DNA of 64,000 bases from NCBI GenBank assembly GCA_038252165.1, contig JBBSAP010000002.1, forward strand, positions 51,892 to 115,891, in the 5' to 3' direction. A program made the position numbers and the translations under genes. This DNA comes from Bacteroidales bacterium. Lineage in GTDB: Bacteria > Bacteroidota > Bacteroidia > Bacteroidales > VadinHA17. The notes under the pieces were generated by a model, which was not told the origin of the DNA, searched no databases, and saw only the letters and a program-made list of their open reading frames with translations. This document shows positions 57,000 through 64,000 of this stretch, in pieces; positions within the stretch are counted from its first letter, which is position 1; each line of letters opens with the position of its first letter.

Positions 57000-57623
57000 A
57001 TGTCAAAAGAAGCAGTTATCCTCGCTGATGGAAGATTTCCCACTCATGCTATCCCTCTTTCTTACCTCAGGAAAGCTGATCACATCATCTGTTGTGACGG
57101 CAGCGCTGAAAATCTTATTGCAGCGAATCTCGAGCCCGAGGCTATCATCGGTGATCTCGATTCACTCAATCCACTAATTTCAGAGAGGTTTGCCGATCGT
57201 CTCTTCAGGGATAGCGATCAGGACACCAATGATCTGACCAAAGCAATAAAATGGTGCATAAATAAAAGGTATAAGGAGATTGTGATCCTGGGAGCTACAG
57301 GGAAGAGGGAAGATCATACGATAGGCAATATATCGCTGCTTACGGAATATGCCAGGGACATAAGAGTGACCATGGTAACCGATACCGGCACTCTCAAACC
57401 GCTTCTGAAAAGCGGTGTTGTCAAATGTTTTCCCGGACAGCAGGTTTCAATCTTTTCAATCAATCCTGAAACGGAAATAACTTCTATTGGATTAAAGTAC
57501 CCTCTTGAAAACCTTAAACTGAAGAACTGGTGGATGGCTACATTGAATGAAGCAGAAGGAGATTCGTTCGAAATCATTTTTAATGGGGGGCCGCTTATCA
57601 TATATCAGAAGTTCGGGGAATAA
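57000..57623 (+). CDS. thiN: Thiamine pyrophosphokinase (thiamine diphosphokinase)
   Basis: About 207 aa from MSKEAVILADG. ...IICCDGSAENL...IIGDLDSL...DQDTNDLTKAI...ILGATGKREDHTIGNISLL are TPK catalytic-domain motifs, followed by a C-terminal thiamine-binding beta domain. The longer track ORF (from 56856) only adds translation of the heptamer tract. Confidence 0.85.
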   Translation: MSKEAVILADGRFPTHAIPLSYLRKADHIICCDGSAENLIAANLEPEAIIGDLDSLNPLISERFADRLFRDSDQDTNDLTKAIKWCINKRYKEIVILGATGKREDHTIGNISLLTEYARDIRVTMVTDTGTLKPLLKSGVVKCFPGQQVSIFSINPETEITSIGLKYPLENLKLKNWWMATLNEAEGDSFEIIFNGGPLIIYQKFGE

Positions 57624-57625
57624 TT

Positions 57626-57715
57626 GTCTTGCAGGTCTTGCAGGTCTTGCACGACTTGCATGACTTTTATGACTTGCATGACTTGCACGACTTTTATGAC
57701 TTGCACGACTTTTTA
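57626..57715. repeat. Degenerate 9-nt tandem array (G[TA]CTT[GT][CT]A[GCT]) x10
   Basis: gtcttgcag x2, gtcttgcac, gacttgcat, gacttttat, gacttgcat, gacttgcac, gacttttat, gacttgcac, gacttttta. The array starts 3 nt after the TPK stop. Confidence 0.9.
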
Positions 57716-57750
57716 AGTATTCATCGGATCCTCATAGAAAGCAGATCTTG

Positions 57751-57792
57751 TCTCCCCCGTGGGGGAGATCCCGCTTTAGCGGGAGAGGGGGT
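57751..57792. terminator. Tandem G5/C5 hairpins between convergent genes (probable bidirectional terminator; same module family as the type A/B elements)
   Basis: tctccccc-gtg-ggggaga and tcccgc-ttta-gcggga, ending in gagggggt. It abuts the stop (57793-57795) of the minus-strand LuxR-type gene. Confidence 0.55.
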
Positions 57793-58725
57793 TTATTTAT
57801 TCATCATATCTTTGACCAGATTTATCAGCTGCACCCTGCTCCTAACATTAGTTTTGATGTAAATATGGTGAGTGTGATCCTTTACTGTCTGCAGGCTTAT
57901 AAATAGTTTGTCGGATATCTCTTTGTTACTTAGTCCATTGCAAATTTCCCTGACCACTTCCGATTCCCTTGGTGTCACTTCGAACCTTTTACAGAACTCA
58001 TCAAACGGGTGATTCTTTTCCGGCTCTGAAGCTAAGGAGGGAATGAGGGTCCCATAACTGAACCATATGGGAAGAAATATATTTCCAAGGAAAAATGCGA
58101 AGATAAATACTATTGAAAGCAAGGCCTGTGTTGTGTAAAACAGGAGAGGCACGCATTGAACCATCATTATCATGAACAGTGCCGGAGCAATTATCCTCCT
58201 GTCATACTCGTGAATGACCTGCTGCCTCTTCCATGGAAAATGGATGAGATAAGCTGCAATGAAGAAATGAATGAGGTTCATTATTATATAGTATTCCCGT
58301 ATAACAAAGGAAGTGTTGAAGGAATTTGTCCCGGTTATGAAGTAACCCACTACTATCAGCACGGAGAAATTGGCTAAAAAAAACCAGAAAACAAACCATT
58401 TGTTGCCGATCTTTCCAGTGAGACTCCCTGTAAACCTGATAAGCATAAGCCAGGCAATCACAAGAAATGGCAGTCCGAGAAGCATTGCCAGGTCCGACAA
58501 CCTTATGAGCTGTTCCGGAGAAATGAAAGAAGCCAGGAATGATTTGACAGCCACCTGTCCCCATATCCCGTAAAACCCGAAAGTGTAAATGAAAACCTGG
58601 AAATAGAGAAGAGACGAAAAGATTTCAGGTTTGTATCTATTCCTTAACCGTGATGCGAGTATTATGCCCGCGGCCGAAAGTGCAACGGAAACAATAAAAA
58701 TCAGGTAAAACAATAATTTGATCAT
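57793..58725 (-). CDS. Polytopic membrane protein with C-terminal LuxR/GerE-type HTH (membrane-embedded one-component regulator)
   Basis: 310 aa. About 7-8 hydrophobic helices, then TPRESEVVREICNGLSNKEISDKLFISLQTVKDHTHHIYIKTNVRSRVQL. Confidence 0.75.
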   Translation of the reverse strand: MIKLLFYLIFIVSVALSAAGIILASRLRNRYKPEIFSSLLYFQVFIYTFGFYGIWGQVAVKSFLASFISPEQLIRLSDLAMLLGLPFLVIAWLMLIRFTGSLTGKIGNKWFVFWFFLANFSVLIVVGYFITGTNSFNTSFVIREYYIIMNLIHFFIAAYLIHFPWKRQQVIHEYDRRIIAPALFMIMMVQCVPLLFYTTQALLSIVFIFAFFLGNIFLPIWFSYGTLIPSLASEPEKNHPFDEFCKRFEVTPRESEVVREICNGLSNKEISDKLFISLQTVKDHTHHIYIKTNVRSRVQLINLVKDMMNK

Positions 58726-59215
58726 GTCTTAAAGTTATTGAGATTATTTCGGATTCCGGATTTCGGATAGGGGATTTATTTGTATTTCCTGCGATTCTGA
58801 CACCCTCGCACCCGATAATTATCTGAAACCACGGTGGGTTGGGCTACCCTTTATACACATCTTGCTGATTTGCTTAAATTCATTTAGTGATGCAAACATG
58901 GATATTGGACTTCCAGCCTCCAAGGCTGGCTCCTTCGCAAAAAATACATAGATTATTTTTATACCCGGCCTTCCCAGGAAGGATAATCCATATCTGCATA
59001 TCTGATTGGATTTTATAATTGTCCGAAAGGTGCGTATAAACGTTAGGTGGGAGGGGGGCTTTTTCCCAATGCTATATCCACAACTTAAGTATTGGTTCCC
59101 ATACTAAAGTAGGAAAGTGTAAGAATCACTACTATAGTTTGACTTCTGTGAGAAAAACAGGGTTTACATTTGGTGTATCATAAACGAAAACATATTTGAT
59201 TTAATAATTAAAGCA

Positions 59216-59974
59216 ATGGAAACGGAAAGAAACTACAAATTGGTCCCGACATTCGGAAACAGCTTCGGAACAGGATTTCAGGTTATGCTCGATAATTTTC
59301 TCAGGCTGCTGCTTGTCGTCTTAGTACTTGTTATTCTGACTGCGCCTTTCAGCGGTATGAACTGGAAATTTGATGCAGGTGATTTTCCCAAAAATGCATT
59401 TGACTGGGGTCATTGGTTCGGGAATGATGTGCATAAACTGTTAGCGGTTGGTGCACTTGGGATGCTCGGTATTTTTATCGGGTTAATAGCCCTTGCCTAT
59501 ACATTTCTTGCAGCCCCTGTGGTCAATTACGGCGGTGATATGATATTTGTCCAGGCAGTAAGGAAAATCAAGCCCGATTTTGAACTTCTTATAAAAGGAT
59601 TCTGGGAAAACTACCTTTATATTATACTGGCCAACCTTCTTGTAACTGCCCTGATCGTATTAGGATGCTTCGCACTTATTGTTCCAGGGATCATTATCGC
59701 CTGCCGGCTTGTCTTCGTCTCATATATTGTGATGGACAAGAAGCTTGATCCGATAGAAGCTGTCGAGCTCAGCTGGAAGCTTACCAGGGGGCACGGATGG
59801 AGGATTTTTGCCATGGGACTGGTCTCTGTCTTTATATTTTTCTTCGGTCTCATGCTGTTCATTATAGGGATATTCCCTGCCATCATGTGGATATCAAGTT
59901 CCTTTGCAGCATTGTATCAATCGGTTCTTCTTGAGAAGGAGAAGCCGGCTGAGGTTCAGCAGACAGCAGTTTGA
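59216..59974 (+). CDS. Polytopic membrane protein of unknown function (DUF975/YciC-like look)
   Basis: 252 aa with about 5-6 TM segments, and MDKKLDPIEAVELSWKLTRGHGWRIF in a loop. The family call is tentative. Confidence 0.6.
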   Translation: METERNYKLVPTFGNSFGTGFQVMLDNFLRLLLVVLVLVILTAPFSGMNWKFDAGDFPKNAFDWGHWFGNDVHKLLAVGALGMLGIFIGLIALAYTFLAAPVVNYGGDMIFVQAVRKIKPDFELLIKGFWENYLYIILANLLVTALIVLGCFALIVPGIIIACRLVFVSYIVMDKKLDPIEAVELSWKLTRGHGWRIFAMGLVSVFIFFFGLMLFIIGIFPAIMWISSSFAALYQSVLLEKEKPAEVQQTAV

Positions 59975-59994
59975 CCTCGCTACAAACCGGTCTT

Positions 59995-60377
59995 TCACCT
60001 CACTATAATCCCTCTCCCGAAAGAGAGGGATTTTTTATAATAGTGACCTTAAAGCCCCTTCTGAGCTACTCTTTATACTCATCTTCTCGGTGTAGAATCA
60101 GAGTATTTGATGGAGATTCCTCGCTAACGCTCGGAATGACAGGGGATTTTTTGTGAACGTGGGAAAAAGCGGCGATTTGCAGTGAATACTCAATTTACGT
60201 TGCTGGTTTTATTTTGCAAATCGCCGCTTTTTCCCCTTGACTCCCAAAATCGTACCTGTCATTCCGAATCCCGAGTCCTCGGGATGAGGAATCTCATTCA
60301 TAAACAATTACACCTGATTTTGAAATGATGTGTATAAAGCCCTTTCTCATCTAGGAGAGGGATTTAGGGTGAGGTGG
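59995..60377. repeat. ~380-bp imperfect long palindrome (foldback/MITE-like) with GTCATTCCGA-family inner arms and a perfect 21-bp core hairpin
   Basis: Outer ends are tcacctcactataatccctctcc and ggagagggatttagggtgaggtgg. The arms share ctttatac[at]catc...gagattcctc. Inner arms are gattcctcgctaacgctcggaatgaca (60115-) and tgtcattccgaatcccgagtcctcgggatgaggaatc (-60293). The core is gggaaaaagcggcgatttgca (60161-60181) paired with tgcaaatcgccgctttttccc (60215-60235). Confidence 0.85.
60007..60037 (+). terminator. Rho-independent terminator after 59216..59974
   Basis: atccctctc-ccgaaa-gagagggat followed by tttttt. Confidence 0.7.
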
Positions 60378-60585
60378 TAAACAGGAGGGGGTTGGGAGGT
60401 GATTAAATAAAATATAGCTTTTTTTACAATCAGTGGTTCATTGTATTGAATTTTTTACTATTTTAGACTCGTTACTCCTCCATATGAAAAAAAGAGAACA
60501 AAGGTTCTGAACCGATAAAAACTCCCCCCAATTCCAGGCAACTGTTTATCAATAATAAAACAACCAATCTAAATTATTCAGTAAG

Positions 60586-61893
60586 ATGAAATCATTAATA
60601 AAATTCGTCATTGTGGTAGCATTAATCGGCCTGACAGCAGGCAATGCAAAGTGTCAGATCAGGGTGGATCTTAAGGGTAAGATCAATAACAAAGTCAACC
60701 AGCGGGTGAATCAGCGCACCGACCAGGCTATTGATAAAGGTTTGGATAATGTTGAGGACGACATCAAAGGAGATACAAAAGAAACTGATTCGTCAAACGG
60801 GAATCAGGATGCCCGGGATAACGAACAAGCCGAAGCAAATAATACAGATCAGGGAGATAAGGCGGCCGGAAATCAGCAACCCCAGCTTCAGTCATATTCC
60901 AAATATGACTTTGTCCCCGGCGAAAAAGTAATCTTTTTTGAGGATTTCACCCAGGATGCCGTTGGTGATTTCCCTGCCTTATGGAATACAAATGGGTCTG
61001 CTGAAGTGGTAACAACCAATCTGTTCCCTGGTAACTGGATGAGATATATAATGAGGGAGTGTGTCTGGACTGATGCTTTGCTTAATTTGCCCGATAATTA
61101 CACCATAGAATATGATGTTATACCTATTGCAGGTGAAGAAAAAGGAATGGCAGGCTGGGAGATGCTGCTGATGCAGGCCAAAAATGTAAAAGCGTGGGAT
61201 AGCGGATCAGCTCCGGGAAAGGGAGGTTTCTCGTTCTCAGTAGAGTATTTCGGCAGACCAGGCTACAGTACCTGGCTGTATGGACCTGAATGTGAGGATT
61301 CAAAATTAGGCGGAAGTAAGGAAGGAGAAGAGTATAAACAAAAGGAAAACCAGAAATACCATATAGCAATATGGGTTCAGAAGACAAGAGTTCGCTTATA
61401 TCAGAATCAGGATAAGATTTTCGACGTTCCCAGAGCTTTCCCGACAGGTTGTGTGAAACCCGACAGGCTCCGTTTTGAAAATGGAGCTGCAATGGTTGGC
61501 AACATTCGCATTGCAGTTGGAGCACCTGATATGCGCAGCAAACTGATAACCGAAGGCAAGCTGGTAAGTTATGGTATTTATTTTGATGTGAATAAGGATG
61601 TTGTAAAACCCGAATCTTATGGGACCCTAAAGGAGATCGCCACTGTACTTCAGGAAAATCCGGTCGTCAGGGTTAAAATTGTCGGCCATACAGATGCTGA
61701 TGGTTCTGATGCTGCCAATCTTGATCTTTCAAAGCACCGCGGTGCTTCGGTAAAAAATGAACTTGTAAAGACTTTCGGAATAGATGCGGCAAGGCTCGAA
61801 TCGGATGGAATGGGCGAAGGACAGCCTGTGGCACCAAATGATACTCCGGCAAACAAGGCTCTTAACCGCAGGGTTGAATTTATAAAACTGTAA
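60586..61893 (+). CDS. OmpA-family protein (N-terminal low-complexity region, central unknown domain, C-terminal OmpA/peptidoglycan-binding domain)
   Basis: The C-terminus VKIVGHTDADGSDAANLDLSKHRGASVKNELV...NRRVEFIKL is a canonical OmpA_C block. Signal peptide present. Confidence 0.88.
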   Translation: MKSLIKFVIVVALIGLTAGNAKCQIRVDLKGKINNKVNQRVNQRTDQAIDKGLDNVEDDIKGDTKETDSSNGNQDARDNEQAEANNTDQGDKAAGNQQPQLQSYSKYDFVPGEKVIFFEDFTQDAVGDFPALWNTNGSAEVVTTNLFPGNWMRYIMRECVWTDALLNLPDNYTIEYDVIPIAGEEKGMAGWEMLLMQAKNVKAWDSGSAPGKGGFSFSVEYFGRPGYSTWLYGPECEDSKLGGSKEGEEYKQKENQKYHIAIWVQKTRVRLYQNQDKIFDVPRAFPTGCVKPDRLRFENGAAMVGNIRIAVGAPDMRSKLITEGKLVSYGIYFDVNKDVVKPESYGTLKEIATVLQENPVVRVKIVGHTDADGSDAANLDLSKHRGASVKNELVKTFGIDAARLESDGMGEGQPVAPNDTPANKALNRRVEFIKL

Positions 61894-61952
61894 CAGCAGA
61901 AAGATTTTCAGGAATTCCATGATTTAATAGTTTAATCCATAATCTAAAAACG

Positions 61953-62864
61953 ATGAAAACAAAAGCAATATTTCTTTTATTCGCAATCATGATTTTGTTG
62001 CCCTCAACAACTTATTCTCAGGGATATATTCTGAGAAGGGTTATCAACAGAAAGATCGACCAAAAAATTGATTCGGCAGTTGATAAAAGCGCAAAGGATA
62101 AAGCTGATGAAAAAGCCAATCAGAACCAGGCTGATACAACATCGGCTCCGAACAAGGGTGGTACCAAAGGGACGGGCCGCGGGCTATTTGGCGGGAAAAT
62201 TGATATCAAATATGATGAAGAATACAAATTCACTGGCAGGATTTATATGCAGATGGAAACATATGATAAAAAGGATGTGGCCAAATCAGATTTTTATACC
62301 TATTTCAATGCAAATACTTTAAATGCCGGAATAGAGGTTAAACCCGTTGATTCCAAAGAAGGAGAAAAAGCTGTGCCAACAGCATTTCTTTTTGATAATG
62401 ATAACAGGTGCCTCATGGTACTTGTAGAAAATAGTAAGACCGGTATGATCTCATCTATTCCGTCTGATTCAGCATTAGCTGCGCAAGCCAAGACTCAGAA
62501 AGGTGCAAAAACTGAACAGGCCACAATAACAAAAACTGGTAATTCACGGGTTATTGCCGGATATAAGTGTGATGAGTACAAAATAATTGAACCAGACAAG
62601 AGCGGTTACTCAAATGTATGGATGACAAAAGATGTTAAAATCAAGGCCGATAAGAAGAACTGGGGAAAGGCAGGGATGCCTGATTATTATGGCTACCCTG
62701 GTTTCGAAAACGCAACGATGCTTGCCATGGAAGCCTATGACAAGGATAACAAGATCAAAAGTAAAATGGAGACCAAAGAGATTAACGAAAATTTTAAGCA
62801 TTCCATATCTACAGTCGGATATTCGTTTATTAAAATGAATTTCGGGCAGGCAGGGAGGAAGTAA
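61953..62864 (+). CDS. Exported hypothetical protein, DUF4412-like
   Basis: 303 aa. Signal peptide, a Lys/Asp-rich linker similar to the upstream OmpA protein N-terminus (INRKIDQKIDSAVDKSAKDKADEKANQ versus INNKVNQRVNQRTDQAIDKGLDNVEDD), and GYKCDEYKI in the C-terminal beta-rich part. Confidence 0.6.
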   Translation: MKTKAIFLLFAIMILLPSTTYSQGYILRRVINRKIDQKIDSAVDKSAKDKADEKANQNQADTTSAPNKGGTKGTGRGLFGGKIDIKYDEEYKFTGRIYMQMETYDKKDVAKSDFYTYFNANTLNAGIEVKPVDSKEGEKAVPTAFLFDNDNRCLMVLVENSKTGMISSIPSDSALAAQAKTQKGAKTEQATITKTGNSRVIAGYKCDEYKIIEPDKSGYSNVWMTKDVKIKADKKNWGKAGMPDYYGYPGFENATMLAMEAYDKDNKIKSKMETKEINENFKHSISTVGYSFIKMNFGQAGRK

Positions 62865-62880
62865 TCTGCCGGATTGGATG

Positions 62881-63018
62881 AGGATTGCTTCCCACGCTTT
62901 GCGTGGTCGCAATGACACTGCACTTCTGCAGCATTACTTGTATTTCAGTAAACCAATTTGACTTATGTCCGCTGTCATTGCGAGGAGTCCCGGTTAACCG
63001 GGACGACGAAGCAATCCT
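62881..63018. repeat. Foldback element of the GTCATTGCGA/GAAGCAATCC variant
   Basis: Left arm is aggattgcttc-ccacgc-ttt-gcgtgg-tcgcaatgaca. Right arm is tgtcattgcga-ggagtcccgg-ttaa-ccgggacgac-gaagcaatcct. A ~45-nt unpaired core separates them. It lies between convergent genes. Confidence 0.85.
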
Positions 63019-63045
63019 ATGCATTAAGCAGAAAACTAAACCTGA

Positions 63046-64000
63046 TTATACCTTTTTCAGCTTCGCAAATCTCAGCAACAGTTTCTTTTTGCCGTCATTC
63101 TCAAAATCAACTGTGGCTGTTGTATTTGGGGATTCGCCTTCGATGCTGAAAATTATTCCCTTGCCGAATCTCTCATGCTGAACCTTGTCTCCTTCTGAAA
63201 ATTCGCCTGAATCACTGCCATTAAAAGCCGAAATGGAAGCGCTTCCTGAAGTTGCTACTTTTTTGTATTTGCCGGGAAGGGAGTATTTGTGAGGCTCTTC
63301 CCTGAATGACTGAGGCCGGGTTTCGTTATTATTTCTGGCAGAAAAAGGTTTCCCTCCTGTCTGCGGATAAGCGAGGAACTTCTGATCCATCTCCCTCAGG
63401 AATCTGCTTGGTCCGCTTCTTTCAAGGTTACCCCATTTATACCTGTTCATTGCATAACTTAGCGTGGCCATCTTCCCTGCACGTGTTACCGCAACGTAAA
63501 ACAACCGTCTTTCCTCTTCGAGCTCCCTGGGATTGCCGGCTGACATTGGTGAGGGAAAAAGGGTGTCCTCCATTCCGGCAATATATACATGCCTGAATTC
63601 AAGCCCCTTGGCTGAGTGCATTGTCATTAGTGTCACCTTATCACGGTCCTCCTCCTTATCGTTATCCTGGTCAGTAAGAAGCGCAACATTGGTCATATAA
63701 GCCTCAAGTGTCGATGGCTCACCATTGGTCTCAGCCCCCTCGGTAAATATCTTTATTCCGTTAAGAAGCTCTTCAAGGTTCTCATACCTGCTTACCTCCT
63801 CCGGAGATTTCCCTTCCCTGAGCTCTTTCATAATTCCCGATCCCATGGCTATCTCCCTTGCCTTCGTATAAGCATCCGTTTCAGCAGTATTTATTCTGAA
63901 AGCATTTATCAGATCAGTGTAGCCTGTTAATTTTTTAACAGTGCCTGAATTAAAATGATCTGTATAAGCGGAGATCGACGAAATTACCTGCCATGGAGTG
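63046..64000 (-). CDS. UvrD/PcrA/Rep-family (SF1) DNA helicase, C-terminal part; the gene continues past the right edge
   Basis: LMTMHSAKGLEFRHVYIAGMEDTLFPS...EEERRLFYVAVTRAGKMATLSY are helicase motifs V/VI. I checked the frame by hand and it stays open from 63846 to 64000 (…TPWQVISSISAYTDHFNSGTVKKLTGY…), so the Met at 63846 is internal. Confidence 0.88.
   Translation of the reverse strand, partial: TPWQVISSISAYTDHFNSGTVKKLTGYTDLINAFRINTAETDAYTKAREIAMGSGIMKELREGKSPEEVSRYENLEELLNGIKIFTEGAETNGEPSTLEAYMTNVALLTDQDNDKEEDRDKVTLMTMHSAKGLEFRHVYIAGMEDTLFPSPMSAGNPRELEEERRLFYVAVTRAGKMATLSYAMNRYKWGNLERSGPSRFLREMDQKFLAYPQTGGKPFSARNNNETRPQSFREEPHKYSLPGKYKKVATSGSASISAFNGSDSGEFSEGDKVQHERFGKGIIFSIEGESPNTTATVDFENDGKKKLLLRFAKLKKV

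Noticed and set aside
59995-60377. Invertible promoter (Bacteroides-type DNA inversion switch) upstream of the OmpA-family gene
   Set aside because: The inverted repeats flank a segment that is itself palindromic throughout rather than a unique promoter-bearing core. No site-specific recombinase gene is nearby. It is kept as a foldback element, and inversion remains testable with reads.
1-64000. Mobile genetic element, prophage or defence island
   Set aside because: I recognised no integrase, transposase, recombinase, phage structural, restriction-modification, toxin-antitoxin, reverse-transcriptase or Cas-like proteins, and no tRNA gene or obvious compositional break. The window looks like core or accessory chromosome rather than a horizontally acquired island.

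Overview
This window reads as a chromosomal segment of a Bacteroidota genome. Supporting signs are SusC/SusD-type outer-membrane pairs, a FISUMP-domain protein, a TPP-riboswitch-controlled TonB receptor plus PnuT, many lipoproteins, and roughly 40% GC by eye. I count about 46 credible protein genes. Most remaining ORFs in the supplied track are antisense or alternate-frame shadows, or translations of repeat DNA. I saw no rRNA, tRNA, CRISPR, transposase, integrase or phage genes. Layout: 1-391 is a CapA-like gene fragment. 482-4386 holds two tandem Kup K+ transporters. 4510-7335 holds a GH51 arabinofuranosidase remnant, DedA, two small lipoproteins, Ogt and a hypothetical. 7425-10570 is a TPP riboswitch followed by a TonB-dependent receptor and PnuT. 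10565-31070 is one long, tightly packed minus-strand array of 14 genes: OmpR-type two-component system, CRTAC1/VCBS-UnbV lipoprotein, two haem-c beta-propeller proteins, Reg_prop propeller, RidA-like protein, orphan solute-binding protein, stand-alone DAHP synthase, second solute-binding protein, TPR-CRTAC1 giant, CRTAC1, AsnB/beta-lactam-synthetase-like ligase, radical SAM. 31631-44083 is a PUL-like locus with no glycoside hydrolases (SusC, SusD, VCBS/UnbV, FISUMP, VCBS/UnbV). 44739-49108 holds a plug-only TonB fragment protein, a haem-c PD40 lipoprotein and a large polytopic membrane protein. 49537-54669 is a second SusC/SusD pair, and 55100-56842 is an orphan SusD paralog. 57000-57623 is thiamine pyrophosphokinase flanked by microsatellite-like arrays. 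The window ends with a membrane LuxR-type regulator, a membrane protein, an OmpA-family protein, a DUF4412-like protein and a UvrD-type helicase fragment. The most unusual points are three. (i) The 14-gene array mixes cytoplasmic small-molecule enzymes with exported CRTAC1, haem-propeller and binding proteins, and I consider it the best candidate for an undescribed system. (ii) Five CRTAC1/ASPIC-UnbV paralogs occur in 64 kb, including a CAZyme-free SusC/D locus. (iii) Structured intergenic repeats are unusually abundant (G5/C5 multi-hairpin modules, GTCATTCCGA foldback elements with variable cores, 7-, 9- and 33-nt tandem arrays), and several intrude into coding ends. All functional calls rest on motif recognition by eye. 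No database search was run.
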